Source: an uncultured Pelagibacteraceae bacterium
Lineage (GTDB): Bacteria > Pseudomonadota > Alphaproteobacteria > Pelagibacterales > Pelagibacteraceae
Direction: 5' to 3'
NCBI GenBank assembly: GCA_902635665.1
Contig: CACPOX010000004.1
Span: 5,616-69,615 of the forward strand
DNA length: 64,000 nt
Part shown: piece after piece, positions 19,585 through 29,391 of the stretch
Layout of the letters: each line of letters starts with the position of its first letter
Numbering within the stretch: the first letter of the stretch is position 1
Notes under the pieces: model-generated
What the model saw: only the letters and a program-made list of their open reading frames with translations
Told to the model about the DNA's origin: nothing
The model's database searches: none
Made by a program: the position numbers and the translations under genes

Positions 19585-21404
19585 TGTTTAGAGGTAATTT
19601 TATAGATAATTTGCCTAAGATTTATGGAATTTATACAGGTGGTTTTATAGCTTTCATAATTTTAATGGCAATTGGTGAGCAGATGGGAATGACCAAAGAT
19701 GCAATAGGTATTTGTTTTGTAGGTTTCACTATTTTCATCTATGCGGCTATTGGTTGGCTATCTCGTACAGCCCAAGCAAGCAATTATTACGTTGCTGGAA
19801 GACAAGTTCCAACTGTTTTTAATGGAATGGCAACAGCAGCTGACTGGATGTCTGGTGCTTCATTCGTTGCAATGGCAGGTGGAATTTATTTTAAAGGTTA
19901 CGGATATATGGCATTACTTGTGGGTTGGACAGGTGGTTATGTATTAGTTGCTACTTTATTAGCTCCATACTTAAGAAAATTTGGCTGTTACACAGTTCCA
20001 GACTTTGTGGGTACAAGATATAATGGTAACGGGGCTCGGTTAATGGCGGTTATAGTATTAACTGTTGCATCATTTACTTATGTTACTGCACAGATTACAG
20101 CGACAGGAAGAATTGCATCTGTTGCTCTAAATCTGGAGTTTGAAATTGCTGTATATGTAGGTTTAGCAAGTATTTTATTATGTTCGATGCTAGGTGGTAT
20201 GAGAGGAGTTACTTGGACACAGGTTGCACAATACATTGTACTTATTATTGCATACTTACTCCCAGTATTCTGGATCAGCAACAACATTGGTGCGGGTTTC
20301 TTCCCACACTTTATGCTAGCTGATGAAGTTGCTAGAATAGGTGAGTTAGAAGAGCAGTTTGGATTTGTTAAAAACTCCAAAGAAGCTTTAGCCACACTGC
20401 CTGAGTGGAAAAAACTAGCTGGTATTACTAAGGCTCACTCCGAAGTTAATGCAACACCTTGGCAATTTATTTCATTAGCACTTGCTATGATGATGGGAAC
20501 TGCGTCATTACCACATGTGATGATGAGATATTTTACTACCCCAAGTGTTAAAGCAGCTAGAAAATCAGTAGGTTGGTCGGTATTCTTTATCTTCTTACTA
20601 TATTCTTCTGCGCCAATGTTAGCGACTTTATCTAAGCTTGCTTTAATTGATCCAGATTTACCAACAGGTATTATTGGTAGATCAATTGCAGAAGTTCAAG
20701 CACTTGATTGGTATCAAAATTGGAACCAAGCGAAGCTAATGGTTGTACAAGACTTTGATGGAGATGGAATACTTCAGTTAAATGAGCTATTCATGAATGG
20801 TGATGCTGTTGTATTAGCAACTCCAGAAATTGCAGGCTTACCATATGTAATTTCAGGTCTAGTAGCTGCCGGAGGCTTAGCGGCCGCCATGTCAACTGCA
20901 GATGGTTTGATTCTTGCAATTGCAAATGCTATCTCACATGATGTTTACTACAAAATGATAGATCCAAGAGCAGAGACTGCAAAACGATTAGTTGTTGCTA
21001 GGGTATTGCTTTTTGTATTTGGAGTAGCTGGTGCGAGTATGGCTGCTTTGCAATTAACAGGAATATTAGGTGCTGTAATTTGGGCATTTGATTTTGCGAT
21101 GTCCGGTTTGTTCTGGCCACTTGTACTTGGTATATGGTGGAAAAGAGCTAACAAAGAAGGTGCTATTGCCGGTATGGCCTTAGGATTGATATCAGGTACA
21201 GCATACCTAGTTTATATGGAAACTGGGGGTACAGCAATATTAGGCATAGTTTCTAATACATTTGGTATCCTTGGATCTACTGTGAGTTTGATTGCTATGG
21301 TTGTTGTAAGTTTGATGACTTCAAAACCTGATGCTGCGACTCAAAAAATGGTAGATAATGCTAGAGTACCTGCAGGTGCATCTATCATCAGTGGCCAAAA
21401 ATAA
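19584..21404 (+). CDS. actP: solute:sodium symporter, ActP/VC_2705-like (probable acetate/monocarboxylate uptake)
   Basis: YYVAGR, NGMATAADWMSGASF, GTASLPH and AAAMSTADG motifs; near acs. Confidence 0.85.
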   Translation: MFRGNFIDNLPKIYGIYTGGFIAFIILMAIGEQMGMTKDAIGICFVGFTIFIYAAIGWLSRTAQASNYYVAGRQVPTVFNGMATAADWMSGASFVAMAGGIYFKGYGYMALLVGWTGGYVLVATLLAPYLRKFGCYTVPDFVGTRYNGNGARLMAVIVLTVASFTYVTAQITATGRIASVALNLEFEIAVYVGLASILLCSMLGGMRGVTWTQVAQYIVLIIAYLLPVFWISNNIGAGFFPHFMLADEVARIGELEEQFGFVKNSKEALATLPEWKKLAGITKAHSEVNATPWQFISLALAMMMGTASLPHVMMRYFTTPSVKAARKSVGWSVFFIFLLYSSAPMLATLSKLALIDPDLPTGIIGRSIAEVQALDWYQNWNQAKLMVVQDFDGDGILQLNELFMNGDAVVLATPEIAGLPYVISGLVAAGGLAAAMSTADGLILAIANAISHDVYYKMIDPRAETAKRLVVARVLLFVFGVAGASMAALQLTGILGAVIWAFDFAMSGLFWPLVLGIWWKRANKEGAIAGMALGLISGTAYLVYMETGGTAILGIVSNTFGILGSTVSLIAMVVVSLMTSKPDAATQKMVDNARVPAGASIISGQK

Positions 21405-21415
21405 ATAATCTTTTA

Positions 21416-21441
21416 AAAGGGGCGATTAATTTCGCCCCTTT
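21416..21441 (+). terminator. intrinsic terminator after the symporter gene
   Basis: aaaggggcga-ttaatt-tcgccccttt hairpin followed by a T-rich tract. Confidence 0.85.
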
Positions 21442-21474
21442 AATTTCTTTTTATAATAAAATATAAATTACTCA

Positions 21475-21831
21475 ATGTCTGCCAACTTTCATCCATTAGT
21501 CTATATGACAGATTACATTCTAGGAATTATTATGTGGACATTAATTGGAAGAGTAGCAATGAATATATTTCAAAAAGAGAATTCTGAATTTTTCTTCATG
21601 AAGGTATTCGTTAGATTTACAAATCCTTTAATAAAATTATTTAAACCTATAACACCTTCTTTTATTGTGGGACCACTCGTGCCTTTATATGTTGCATGGT
21701 TCTTTTATATGATTAGATTTTATCTGATGCCTTGGATCTTAGGCTATTCGGTGATGGGTATGCTATCATTTCCTCTAGAGAGCGAAATTTCTAGACAAAT
21801 TTATCAATTTTTTAATTCATTTAAATTTTAA
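21475..21831 (+). CDS. YggT-like hypothetical membrane protein
   Basis: Hydrophobic 118 aa with a FVRFTNPLIKLFKPITP YggT-like segment. Confidence 0.7.
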   Translation: MSANFHPLVYMTDYILGIIMWTLIGRVAMNIFQKENSEFFFMKVFVRFTNPLIKLFKPITPSFIVGPLVPLYVAWFFYMIRFYLMPWILGYSVMGMLSFPLESEISRQIYQFFNSFKF

Positions 21832-21859
21832 AAATTGATACTAGTTAATCTAGCAATCA

Positions 21860-22519
21860 ATGAAAAATATACAAATTTCACCTTCAATTTTATCAGCTGA
21901 CTTTGGTCAGTTAAGTTCAGAAATCAAAAGACTTGAGGAAGGTGGGGCTGACATGATTCATGTAGATGTAATGGATGGTCATTTTGTTCCTAATTTAACA
22001 ATTGGACCCCCGGTGATTAAAGCTCTTCGAAAACATTGTTCATTAAAATTCGATGTTCATTTAATGATTTCACCAGTTCATAAATACATAGAAGCTTACG
22101 CAGATGCTGGAGCAGATATAATTACCATTCACCCTGAGGCAACTGATAATTTAGAAAATTCAATTAAAAAAATAAAAGAAAAAAATAAAAAAGTTGGAGT
22201 TTCACTTAATCCTGAAACTAAAATCGATTTAATTTTAGATTTGCTAGATCAAATAGATTTAGTACTGGTTATGAGTGTAAATCCTGGATTTGGAGGTCAA
22301 AAATTTATGCCAGAGGTTTTATATAAAATTAAAGACCTGAAGAAAATAAGAGAAAAAGAGGGATTAGATTTTGACATAGAAATTGATGGTGGCATAAATT
22401 TTGATAATTGCAAAAGTGCAATTGATGCTGGTGCAAACATTCTTGTTTCAGGCACTACTGTATTCAAAAGTAATAATGGAGATGTAAGGAAAAATATTAA
22501 TTTATTAAAATTAAAATAA
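21860..22519 (+). CDS. rpe: ribulose-phosphate 3-epimerase
   Basis: SPSILSADF, HVDVMDGHFVPN, MSVNPGFGGQ and IDGG motifs. Confidence 0.97.
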   Translation: MKNIQISPSILSADFGQLSSEIKRLEEGGADMIHVDVMDGHFVPNLTIGPPVIKALRKHCSLKFDVHLMISPVHKYIEAYADAGADIITIHPEATDNLENSIKKIKEKNKKVGVSLNPETKIDLILDLLDQIDLVLVMSVNPGFGGQKFMPEVLYKIKDLKKIREKEGLDFDIEIDGGINFDNCKSAIDAGANILVSGTTVFKSNNGDVRKNINLLKLK

Positions 22520-22523
22520 GTTA

Positions 22524-24152
22524 ATGATTAATACAAATTTCTTAGACATTTTAGGTCAATTTTATTTAAATATAAAAAAAAACCTTAAAACAATTTATCA
22601 AAATTCTAATTTTTACGAAAAAAAAATATCAAAAACTTTTAAAAATAATTTTGAATATAAGCCAAGTCCTCATTTACTTTCATCGATAATTAAATTCCAA
22701 AATAAAAAATATAAAATTGAAGATTTTGCTATTGAGTCAATTTGGAAAAATAATTTAAGTTTAAAAGATTATGAAAAATTAAATAATTTTTTTTGGTTTT
22801 TCAGCTTAGATTTAAAATCTTCAAAAAAAACTACTCAAACAGTTGTAAAAAATTGGATTTTAAATAACGCTAAATATCAGAAGAAGAGTTGGGAATTTGA
22901 TTTAACGTCAAAAAGAATTATTTCATGGTTATCAAATCACCAACTTACTTATGAGGATAGTGACAAAGAATATAAATCTAAATTTGATCACATGATTCAG
23001 AAACAAACAAACCATTTATTAAATGAAATAAAAAATCCAAAAGACCTTGAAAATAAGATGATTGGGTGTGCTGCAATAATTTTAACAGGATTAGCTTATA
23101 AAAATGAAAAAGAATATCTTGATAGTGGATTAAATTTATTAAAAAATATTATTAAATCTTCAATTGATAACCAGGGTTTTCCAAAATCTAGAAATATCAG
23201 GCAATTAATATTTTATTTAAAATATTTTATAATTATTAGAGAATGGTTTAAGGAATCACAAAATTTAATTCCTGAATATATTGATGAAACTATTTATTAT
23301 TTGGGATCAAGTTACGCTTTCATATGGCAAAATATAAAACAAGATATTTTTTTTAATGGTAATTATTATTCTGAAAATAAAGAATTTGATCAATATTTAA
23401 AAAGATTTGGTTATACTTTTAAAAATCAAATTAATGAACTTGGTGGATATACAATTCTCAGAAATAAGAAAATAATTATTGCTGCAGATATTGGCTCAAG
23501 TCCTAACAAAATATTTACTAATGACTATCAAGCGGGTGCTTTATCATTTGAAATATTTTCAAATAATAAAAAATTAATTTCAAATTCTGGTTACTATTCA
23601 GATAGAAATAATAAATTTAATAAATTATCAAGAAGTACTTCATTGCACTGCACTTTAACAATTGAAGATTACTCATCATGTAATTTTATAAATGACAAAA
23701 ATAATTTATTAATTAATAAAGGGTTAAGAGTTACAAAAAAAAATATAGTTTTTGAAAATAATTATTGGAAAATATCAGGTGCACATGACGGGTATCTAGC
23801 TAAGTTTGGAGTAAGTTATGAGAGAGAAATTGAGTTTTATCCAGAACAAATGAAATTTATAGGCTATGATAAATTATTTAGGAAAGCTTCAAATAAAGAG
23901 ATTAAATTTGATATTAGATTTCATCTTGACCCAGACTCAAAAGTAATGAAAACACAAGATAACAAATCTATACTAATTGAAATAGAGGATGAAGGATGGA
24001 AATTTAGTTGTGAAAACTTTGATATAAATATTGATAATGGATTATATTTCGGTAATAAAAATTCGTACAAAGAAAACCAAAATATTTTTATCTCAGGTAT
24101 GAATAATGAAAAAGAGCAGGTTATAAAATGGGAGATCAGTAAATTACAATGA
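22524..24152 (+). CDS. heparinase II/III family protein
   Basis: AGALSFE, LISNSG, RSTSLHCTL, AHDGY and IRFHL motifs; usual position upstream of purH in alphaproteobacteria. Confidence 0.75.
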   Translation: MINTNFLDILGQFYLNIKKNLKTIYQNSNFYEKKISKTFKNNFEYKPSPHLLSSIIKFQNKKYKIEDFAIESIWKNNLSLKDYEKLNNFFWFFSLDLKSSKKTTQTVVKNWILNNAKYQKKSWEFDLTSKRIISWLSNHQLTYEDSDKEYKSKFDHMIQKQTNHLLNEIKNPKDLENKMIGCAAIILTGLAYKNEKEYLDSGLNLLKNIIKSSIDNQGFPKSRNIRQLIFYLKYFIIIREWFKESQNLIPEYIDETIYYLGSSYAFIWQNIKQDIFFNGNYYSENKEFDQYLKRFGYTFKNQINELGGYTILRNKKIIIAADIGSSPNKIFTNDYQAGALSFEIFSNNKKLISNSGYYSDRNNKFNKLSRSTSLHCTLTIEDYSSCNFINDKNNLLINKGLRVTKKNIVFENNYWKISGAHDGYLAKFGVSYEREIEFYPEQMKFIGYDKLFRKASNKEIKFDIRFHLDPDSKVMKTQDNKSILIEIEDEGWKFSCENFDINIDNGLYFGNKNSYKENQNIFISGMNNEKEQVIKWEISKLQ

Positions 24153-25684
24153 AAAAAATCAAAACAGCTCTTATTTCTGTATCTGACAAAAAAAACTTAA
24201 CATTTCTGTTAAATATTTTAAAAAAAAATAAAATTAAAATAATTAGTTCAGGTGGAACCCATAAAGAAATTAGAAGATTAAAATTTAAATGTGAAGAGGT
24301 ATCTGAGTTTACAAATTTTCCAGAAATTTTAGATGGTAGAGTTAAAACTCTTCATCCAAAAATACATGCTGGTATTTTGAATAAAAGAGAAAAAAAATCT
24401 CACTTAAAAAATTTAAAAGATTATGATTTTGAAAATATAGATTTGGTAATTGTGAATTTTTATCCATTTGAAAACACTCTAAAAAAAACAAAAAACCATA
24501 AAAAAATTATAGAGAATATAGATATTGGTGGTCCTACAATGGTGAGATCTGCAGCTAAAAACTATAACGATGTAACTGTAATAACATCAAGCGACCAGTA
24601 CGAAGAATTAATTCGAGAACTAAAAAAATACAAAGGAGCTACTTCATTAAATTTTAGGGAAAAACTATCAAGGATAGCTTTTGCTGAAACAGCTTACTAT
24701 GACTCTGTAATTTCAAATTATTTTAATAAAAAAACAAATACTATTTTTCCTACAAAAAAAGTTTTTCATGGAAATCTAGTCAATCAACTTAGATACGGAG
24801 AAAATCCTCACCAACAAAGTGCAATATATTCCACTACTTCAAATATAAATTTAAAACAAATTTATGGAAAGCAGCTCAGTTATAATAATTATAATGACAT
24901 ATTTAGTGCTATTACTATCACAAGATCTTTGCCAAAAGGAAAAGGAACTGTCATAGTAAAACATTCAAATCCTTGTGGAGTTTCTATCAGTAATGATCAT
25001 TTAGAAAGTTATAAGTCTGCTCTTTCATGTGATCCTATAAGTGCTTTTGGTGGAATAGTTTCTTGCGATTTCAAAATTACTAAAAATTTGGCTTTAGAAT
25101 TAAATAAGTTATTTTTAGAAGTAATAATAGCAAATGGATTTGATAATAGTGCAGTTAAAATATTAAAGGCTAAAAAAAACTTGAGATTAATTGATGGAAC
25201 AAATTATACCTCAAAAGAACTTCTTAAGCATGTATCATTTAACCAAAATATAATGGTACAATCAGAGGATTTAGAATCATTTTCTAATAAAAATTTTAAA
25301 ATTGTCTCAAAAAGAAAACCAACATTAAAGCAACTTAAAGATCTTATTTTTGCATTTAATGTTTGCAGGTATGTTAAATCAAATGCAATAGTATTAGCAT
25401 CTAATGGAACAACTGTTGGAATAGGATCTGGTCAACCAAGTAGATTGGATAGTTGTAAAATAGCGATAAATAAAATGAATAAATTTAATTTAAGGACAAA
25501 TAATTTAGTTGCTGCATCAGATGCTTTTTTTCCTTTTGTTGATGGTATTGAAAAATTAGTACAATCTGGTGTTAGAGCTGTAATTCAACCATCTGGATCA
25601 ATAAGAGACAAAGAAATAATTAATTTTGCAAACGAAACTAATACGGTTCTGCTTTTTTCAAAAACAAGGCACTTTAGACATTAG
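24149..25684 (+). CDS. purH: bifunctional AICAR transformylase/IMP cyclohydrolase
   Basis: ALISVSDK, GRVKTLHP, LRYGENPHQ, ASDAFFPF and RHFRH motifs. Confidence 0.97.
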   Translation: MKKIKTALISVSDKKNLTFLLNILKKNKIKIISSGGTHKEIRRLKFKCEEVSEFTNFPEILDGRVKTLHPKIHAGILNKREKKSHLKNLKDYDFENIDLVIVNFYPFENTLKKTKNHKKIIENIDIGGPTMVRSAAKNYNDVTVITSSDQYEELIRELKKYKGATSLNFREKLSRIAFAETAYYDSVISNYFNKKTNTIFPTKKVFHGNLVNQLRYGENPHQQSAIYSTTSNINLKQIYGKQLSYNNYNDIFSAITITRSLPKGKGTVIVKHSNPCGVSISNDHLESYKSALSCDPISAFGGIVSCDFKITKNLALELNKLFLEVIIANGFDNSAVKILKAKKNLRLIDGTNYTSKELLKHVSFNQNIMVQSEDLESFSNKNFKIVSKRKPTLKQLKDLIFAFNVCRYVKSNAIVLASNGTTVGIGSGQPSRLDSCKIAINKMNKFNLRTNNLVAASDAFFPFVDGIEKLVQSGVRAVIQPSGSIRDKEIINFANETNTVLLFSKTRHFRH

Positions 25685-26018
25685 TAATTTTGTCTATTTT
25701 CGCAGCTAGTATAAAATCACTCTCTGCTAAACCCTTAATAGCATGAGTGAATATTTTAATTCTTGCATAACCCCATCCAAACCATAAATCAGGATGATGA
25801 CCCTCTGTTTCAGCTATTTCACCTACCTTATTTACAAAACTCTGACTTTGAATGAAATTATCAAATTTAAAACTTTTGATTAAATGGAATCCATCAATTT
25901 TATCCTCTAATACTTCCCAGCCATCAACTTTTTTTAAATATTTATGAATTTCATCTGGTTTAAAAGGAGGAATATTTCCTTCACAAGGAACACATTTTTT
26001 ATTTGCTAAATCACTCAT
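25674..26018 (-). CDS. pterin-4-alpha-carbinolamine dehydratase
   Basis: CVPCEG, EGHHPD, THAIKGL and DFILAAKID motifs; start revised to ATG 26018 because the longer ORF runs into the tRNA. Confidence 0.9.
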   Translation of the reverse strand: MSDLANKKCVPCEGNIPPFKPDEIHKYLKKVDGWEVLEDKIDGFHLIKSFKFDNFIQSQSFVNKVGEIAETEGHHPDLWFGWGYARIKIFTHAIKGLAESDFILAAKIDKITNV

Positions 26019-26033
26019 TTTTATTTCCACTAT

Positions 26034-26108
26034 TGGAGCGGGCAAAGGGGGTCGAACCCTCGACCTTCTCGTTGGCAACGAGACGCTCTACCACTGAGCT
26101 ATGCCCGC
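26034..26108 (-). tRNA. tRNA-Gly (anticodon GCC)
   Basis: Reverse complement GCGGGCATAGCTCAGTGGTAGAGCGTCTCGTTGCCAACGAGAAGGTCGAGGGTTCGACCCCCTTTGCCCGCTCCA folds as a cloverleaf with encoded CCA. Confidence 0.97.
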
Positions 26109-26247
26109 TTATATAATATATTAAAATTAGTAGCTTTTTAAAAATATAGCAAGAGGCTATTTGTGTAATATTATAGATAGACTATGTATAAATATATTCG
26201 AATTAAAAATAAGTTTTAAGAAAAATTTAAGAATATAAAAATATATT

Positions 26248-27555
26248 ATGGAACAAATTATTCAAAATTTTTTACAAAAAGGTGAATTAAGAAAAGCTTT
26301 AATTTATCTTGAAAATCTTAATAAAAATGGATTTGATAACATAAATGTATTTTTTTATTTAGGTAAAGTTTATTATGAGCTTAATAATCACAAAAAAAGT
26401 ATTTTTTATTTCAAAAAATGTAATCAAATTAAACCTGGAAATTCTAAAATTCTTTATAGCATAGCTCAAGTTTTACAAGGTTTAGGTAAAACTATTGAAG
26501 CAAAAAAAATATATGAAAAATTAATTAAAAAAAATCCAAATGACGTAAGATCATACTATGGTCTATTCAATCTAGATATAAAAAATATTAATAACTTCTA
26601 TTTTGAAAAATTACAAATTTTATTGAATGATAAACAAATAAATTTATTTGATAAATGCTTAATAAATTTTATTTTATCAAAATTCAAAAAAAAACAAAAT
26701 AAAATTAATGAAGAACTTAAATTATTAGAAATTTCTCACAAACAATGTTTTGAATCAAACAGTAATTTTAATAATCAGTCTGAATTTTACTATAATAAAA
26801 TTATAACGAAATATTATAAAAAAATAAAATATGAAGGAAATCTAGTAGATAATATTTACAAAAATTCAAAACCGATATTTATTATAGGACTTCCAAGATC
26901 TGGTTCCACTTTAATAGAGTCATTGATTGTACAAAGTCAAAACGATGTTCATTCATTTGGAGAATTACATGCAATCAATATGTCTATATTTGACTCTATT
27001 GCATCTGAAATATATTCCGAAAATTTTGAAATTAAAAATTTTGAATTTATCATTAATAAAGAGAGATTTCACAAATCTTTAATGGTAAGATATGGTGATT
27101 TAAAAAATCAAATATTCATCGACAAGTCATTAGAAAATTTTTTTAATATTGATATAATTCTAGAATTCTTTCCTAAGGCAAAATTTTTACATACTTTCCG
27201 TAATTTTAATGACTCAATAATAGGAATTTATCAAAGAATGATGCCAGATTTATCTTGGTCTCACTCAATAGAAAGAATAATTGATTATTCAAATAATTAC
27301 AAAATCATAATTGAATTTTTCAAAAAAAAATATCCAGATCAAATATTAGATGTTGATCTAGAAAAAATATCGATTGACAAAACTAATGAGACAAAAAAAA
27401 TATTCAATTTTTGTGAATTGGAATGGGATCAAAGTATTTTCAATTATAACAAAAAAAACAATTTATTTACTAAAACAAACAGTTTTTTACAAATTAGAGA
27501 TAAAATAGAAAAATATGACTACAAAAAATATGAGCCATATTACCACTTGTTGTAA
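26248..27555 (+). CDS. TPR-containing sulfotransferase family protein
   Basis: N-terminal TPR-like helices; PIFIIGLPRSGSTL PAPS-binding loop; very AT-rich. Confidence 0.85.
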   Translation: MEQIIQNFLQKGELRKALIYLENLNKNGFDNINVFFYLGKVYYELNNHKKSIFYFKKCNQIKPGNSKILYSIAQVLQGLGKTIEAKKIYEKLIKKNPNDVRSYYGLFNLDIKNINNFYFEKLQILLNDKQINLFDKCLINFILSKFKKKQNKINEELKLLEISHKQCFESNSNFNNQSEFYYNKIITKYYKKIKYEGNLVDNIYKNSKPIFIIGLPRSGSTLIESLIVQSQNDVHSFGELHAINMSIFDSIASEIYSENFEIKNFEFIINKERFHKSLMVRYGDLKNQIFIDKSLENFFNIDIILEFFPKAKFLHTFRNFNDSIIGIYQRMMPDLSWSHSIERIIDYSNNYKIIIEFFKKKYPDQILDVDLEKISIDKTNETKKIFNFCELEWDQSIFNYNKKNNLFTKTNSFLQIRDKIEKYDYKKYEPYYHLL

Positions 27556-27606
27556 CAAATAAATTGTTGTTATTATAATTAGAATTACATTTATACTAAA
27601 ATAAAA

Positions 27607-28251
27607 ATGAAAAAATCAGAATTACCTAAAATTGTGCCGGTATTTCCATTAAGTAATTTTATTATTTTTCCAAAAACCACAGTTCCTCTTAATATTTTTG
27701 AATCACGATATATTGATATGATCAACGATAGTATGAAGTCCAATAAATATATAGGAATGATACAGCCAAATAATTCAAATAACGATATAACACCACCTAA
27801 ACTACACAACGTTGGATGCCTTGGCAAAATAACAAGTTTTAGAGAAACAGAAGATGGACGTTTCCTAATCGAGCTAAAAGGATTAATTAGATTTAAAGCA
27901 TTAAAGGAAATAAAATTATCTAAAAAGTATAGAGAATATGAGGTTGATTTTAAAGACTTTTATCATGATTTAGATGACCCGAAAGAAGAAATTAAATTTA
28001 GTGATCTTGAATTAATTTTTAAAGATTTGAAATCTTTGTTTGAGAAAAGAGGATTTATTATCAATTGGAAAGCTCTGGAGAAACAAAGTCTAAACGAAAC
28101 AATTAATGCACTGGCAATGGCATCTCCTTTTTCTCTTGAAGAAAAGCAGATGTTACTTGAAGCTAAAGATCTTGATGTGAGAAAAAATAAAATAGCAGAA
28201 ATTTTAAGTACCTACACTAATGATATTTTTAATAATACTACACTTCAATAA
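27607..28251 (+). CDS. Lon protease N-terminal (substrate-binding) domain protein
   Basis: PVFPL, PLNIFESRY, VGCLGKI and EKQMLLE motifs. Confidence 0.9.
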   Translation: MKKSELPKIVPVFPLSNFIIFPKTTVPLNIFESRYIDMINDSMKSNKYIGMIQPNNSNNDITPPKLHNVGCLGKITSFRETEDGRFLIELKGLIRFKALKEIKLSKKYREYEVDFKDFYHDLDDPKEEIKFSDLELIFKDLKSLFEKRGFIINWKALEKQSLNETINALAMASPFSLEEKQMLLEAKDLDVRKNKIAEILSTYTNDIFNNTTLQ

Positions 28252-28252
28252 A

Positions 28253-29329
28253 CTATAAAATAACACCTTGATCAGCAATTTCTGTAAAAATTTTATTTAC
28301 TCTAGAATTTTTTCCCAAAAATTGAACAGTTTTACTTAAAATATTATTTTTAATTTTTCTTTCAAAATTGAAAAATTCATAAACTAAATCAATTCCACTA
28401 GAAAAAATTAAATTTCTATGTCTTAATTCTTGCTCAAATTCTTTGTTGATTGAACTATCTAAAGCTAAACCTAAGGAAATTTTCTTTTTAATTATTTCCA
28501 TTAATATTTTAATATCCCTTATAGTCATATTGAAACCTTGACCTGCCAAAGGATGTATTCTGTGCAGTAAATCTCCAAAAGCTAAAATATTGTCTTGATA
28601 GTAAGATTTTAAAATTAATGATTTTAATTCAAAAGAATAAATTTTTTTAACATCTAAAATTTTATATTTTAAATTATAAAATTTAATTAATTCTTTAATC
28701 TTGGGCTTTTCAAATTTATGTCCATTAATAAATGAATAAACTATAGATGTTTCATTTTCTGAAATGGGTAAAAATGCTAATGGACCATTCTTTGTAAAAA
28801 TTTGAATTGCAGTATTATTTAAAATTTTTTCGTGTTTAATTGTTGTTGTGTATGCAAGACTATTATATTTTTTAATAATTTTTTTATTAAAATATTTTTT
28901 TGTAAATAAATGATAGTAATCAGTATTAATTAAAACATCATATCTTTTTATTAAATTTAAATTATTTTTTAATATTTTTTTTTTAAAATATTTATTTTTG
29001 AATAAATTTTTTTCTAAACTTTCATAAAGTTGGTGATTTCTTAAAATAGAAAAAAGTTGATCACTTTTTGATTTAAATTCTAGTAATTTTTCATTCTTTA
29101 AATTTTCGGAATAAATTTCAATATTTTTTAATTTCCAAATAATTTTTTCAACATTCAATATATTGGTATTAAAAAAATCAACATTACTTTTTGAAATGCC
29201 AATTGTTCTAGACTTATTTAACAAATTTTTTTTTTTATATGCCAAAATATCAACATAAATTTTTTCATTAGTTAAAGCTTTTGCCAAAGTCAGGCTCGAT
29301 AATCCATCGCCTATTATACAAACTCTCAT
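28253..29329 (-). CDS. UbiH/UbiL family FAD-dependent hydroxylase (ubiquinone biosynthesis)
   Basis: CIIGDGLS, GPLAFLP and GDLLHRIHPLAGQGFN motifs; start revised to ATG 29329. Confidence 0.85.
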   Translation of the reverse strand: MRVCIIGDGLSSLTLAKALTNEKIYVDILAYKKKNLLNKSRTIGISKSNVDFFNTNILNVEKIIWKLKNIEIYSENLKNEKLLEFKSKSDQLFSILRNHQLYESLEKNLFKNKYFKKKILKNNLNLIKRYDVLINTDYYHLFTKKYFNKKIIKKYNSLAYTTTIKHEKILNNTAIQIFTKNGPLAFLPISENETSIVYSFINGHKFEKPKIKELIKFYNLKYKILDVKKIYSFELKSLILKSYYQDNILAFGDLLHRIHPLAGQGFNMTIRDIKILMEIIKKKISLGLALDSSINKEFEQELRHRNLIFSSGIDLVYEFFNFERKIKNNILSKTVQFLGKNSRVNKIFTEIADQGVIL

Positions 29330-29391
29330 ATTATTTTTAATTTTAACAACAAAAATTAGATGATACAAAGTGGTAAAATTGATTCATATAT

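Noticed and set aside
22524-24152. Heparinase II/III gene as part of a sulfated-polysaccharide system with the sulfotransferases
   Set aside because: Its position before purH is ordinary alphaproteobacterial synteny; no linked transporters, sulfatases or glycoside hydrolases
26019-26078. N-terminal extension (MPTRRSRVRPPLPAP...) of the pterin dehydratase ORF
   Set aside because: It is a translation of the tRNA-Gly 3' half; the real start is ATG 26018
26034-26247. tRNA-Gly as an integration site for a genomic island or prophage
   Set aside because: No integrase and no duplicated tRNA 3' end seen; a housekeeping gene follows the tRNA 3' end directly
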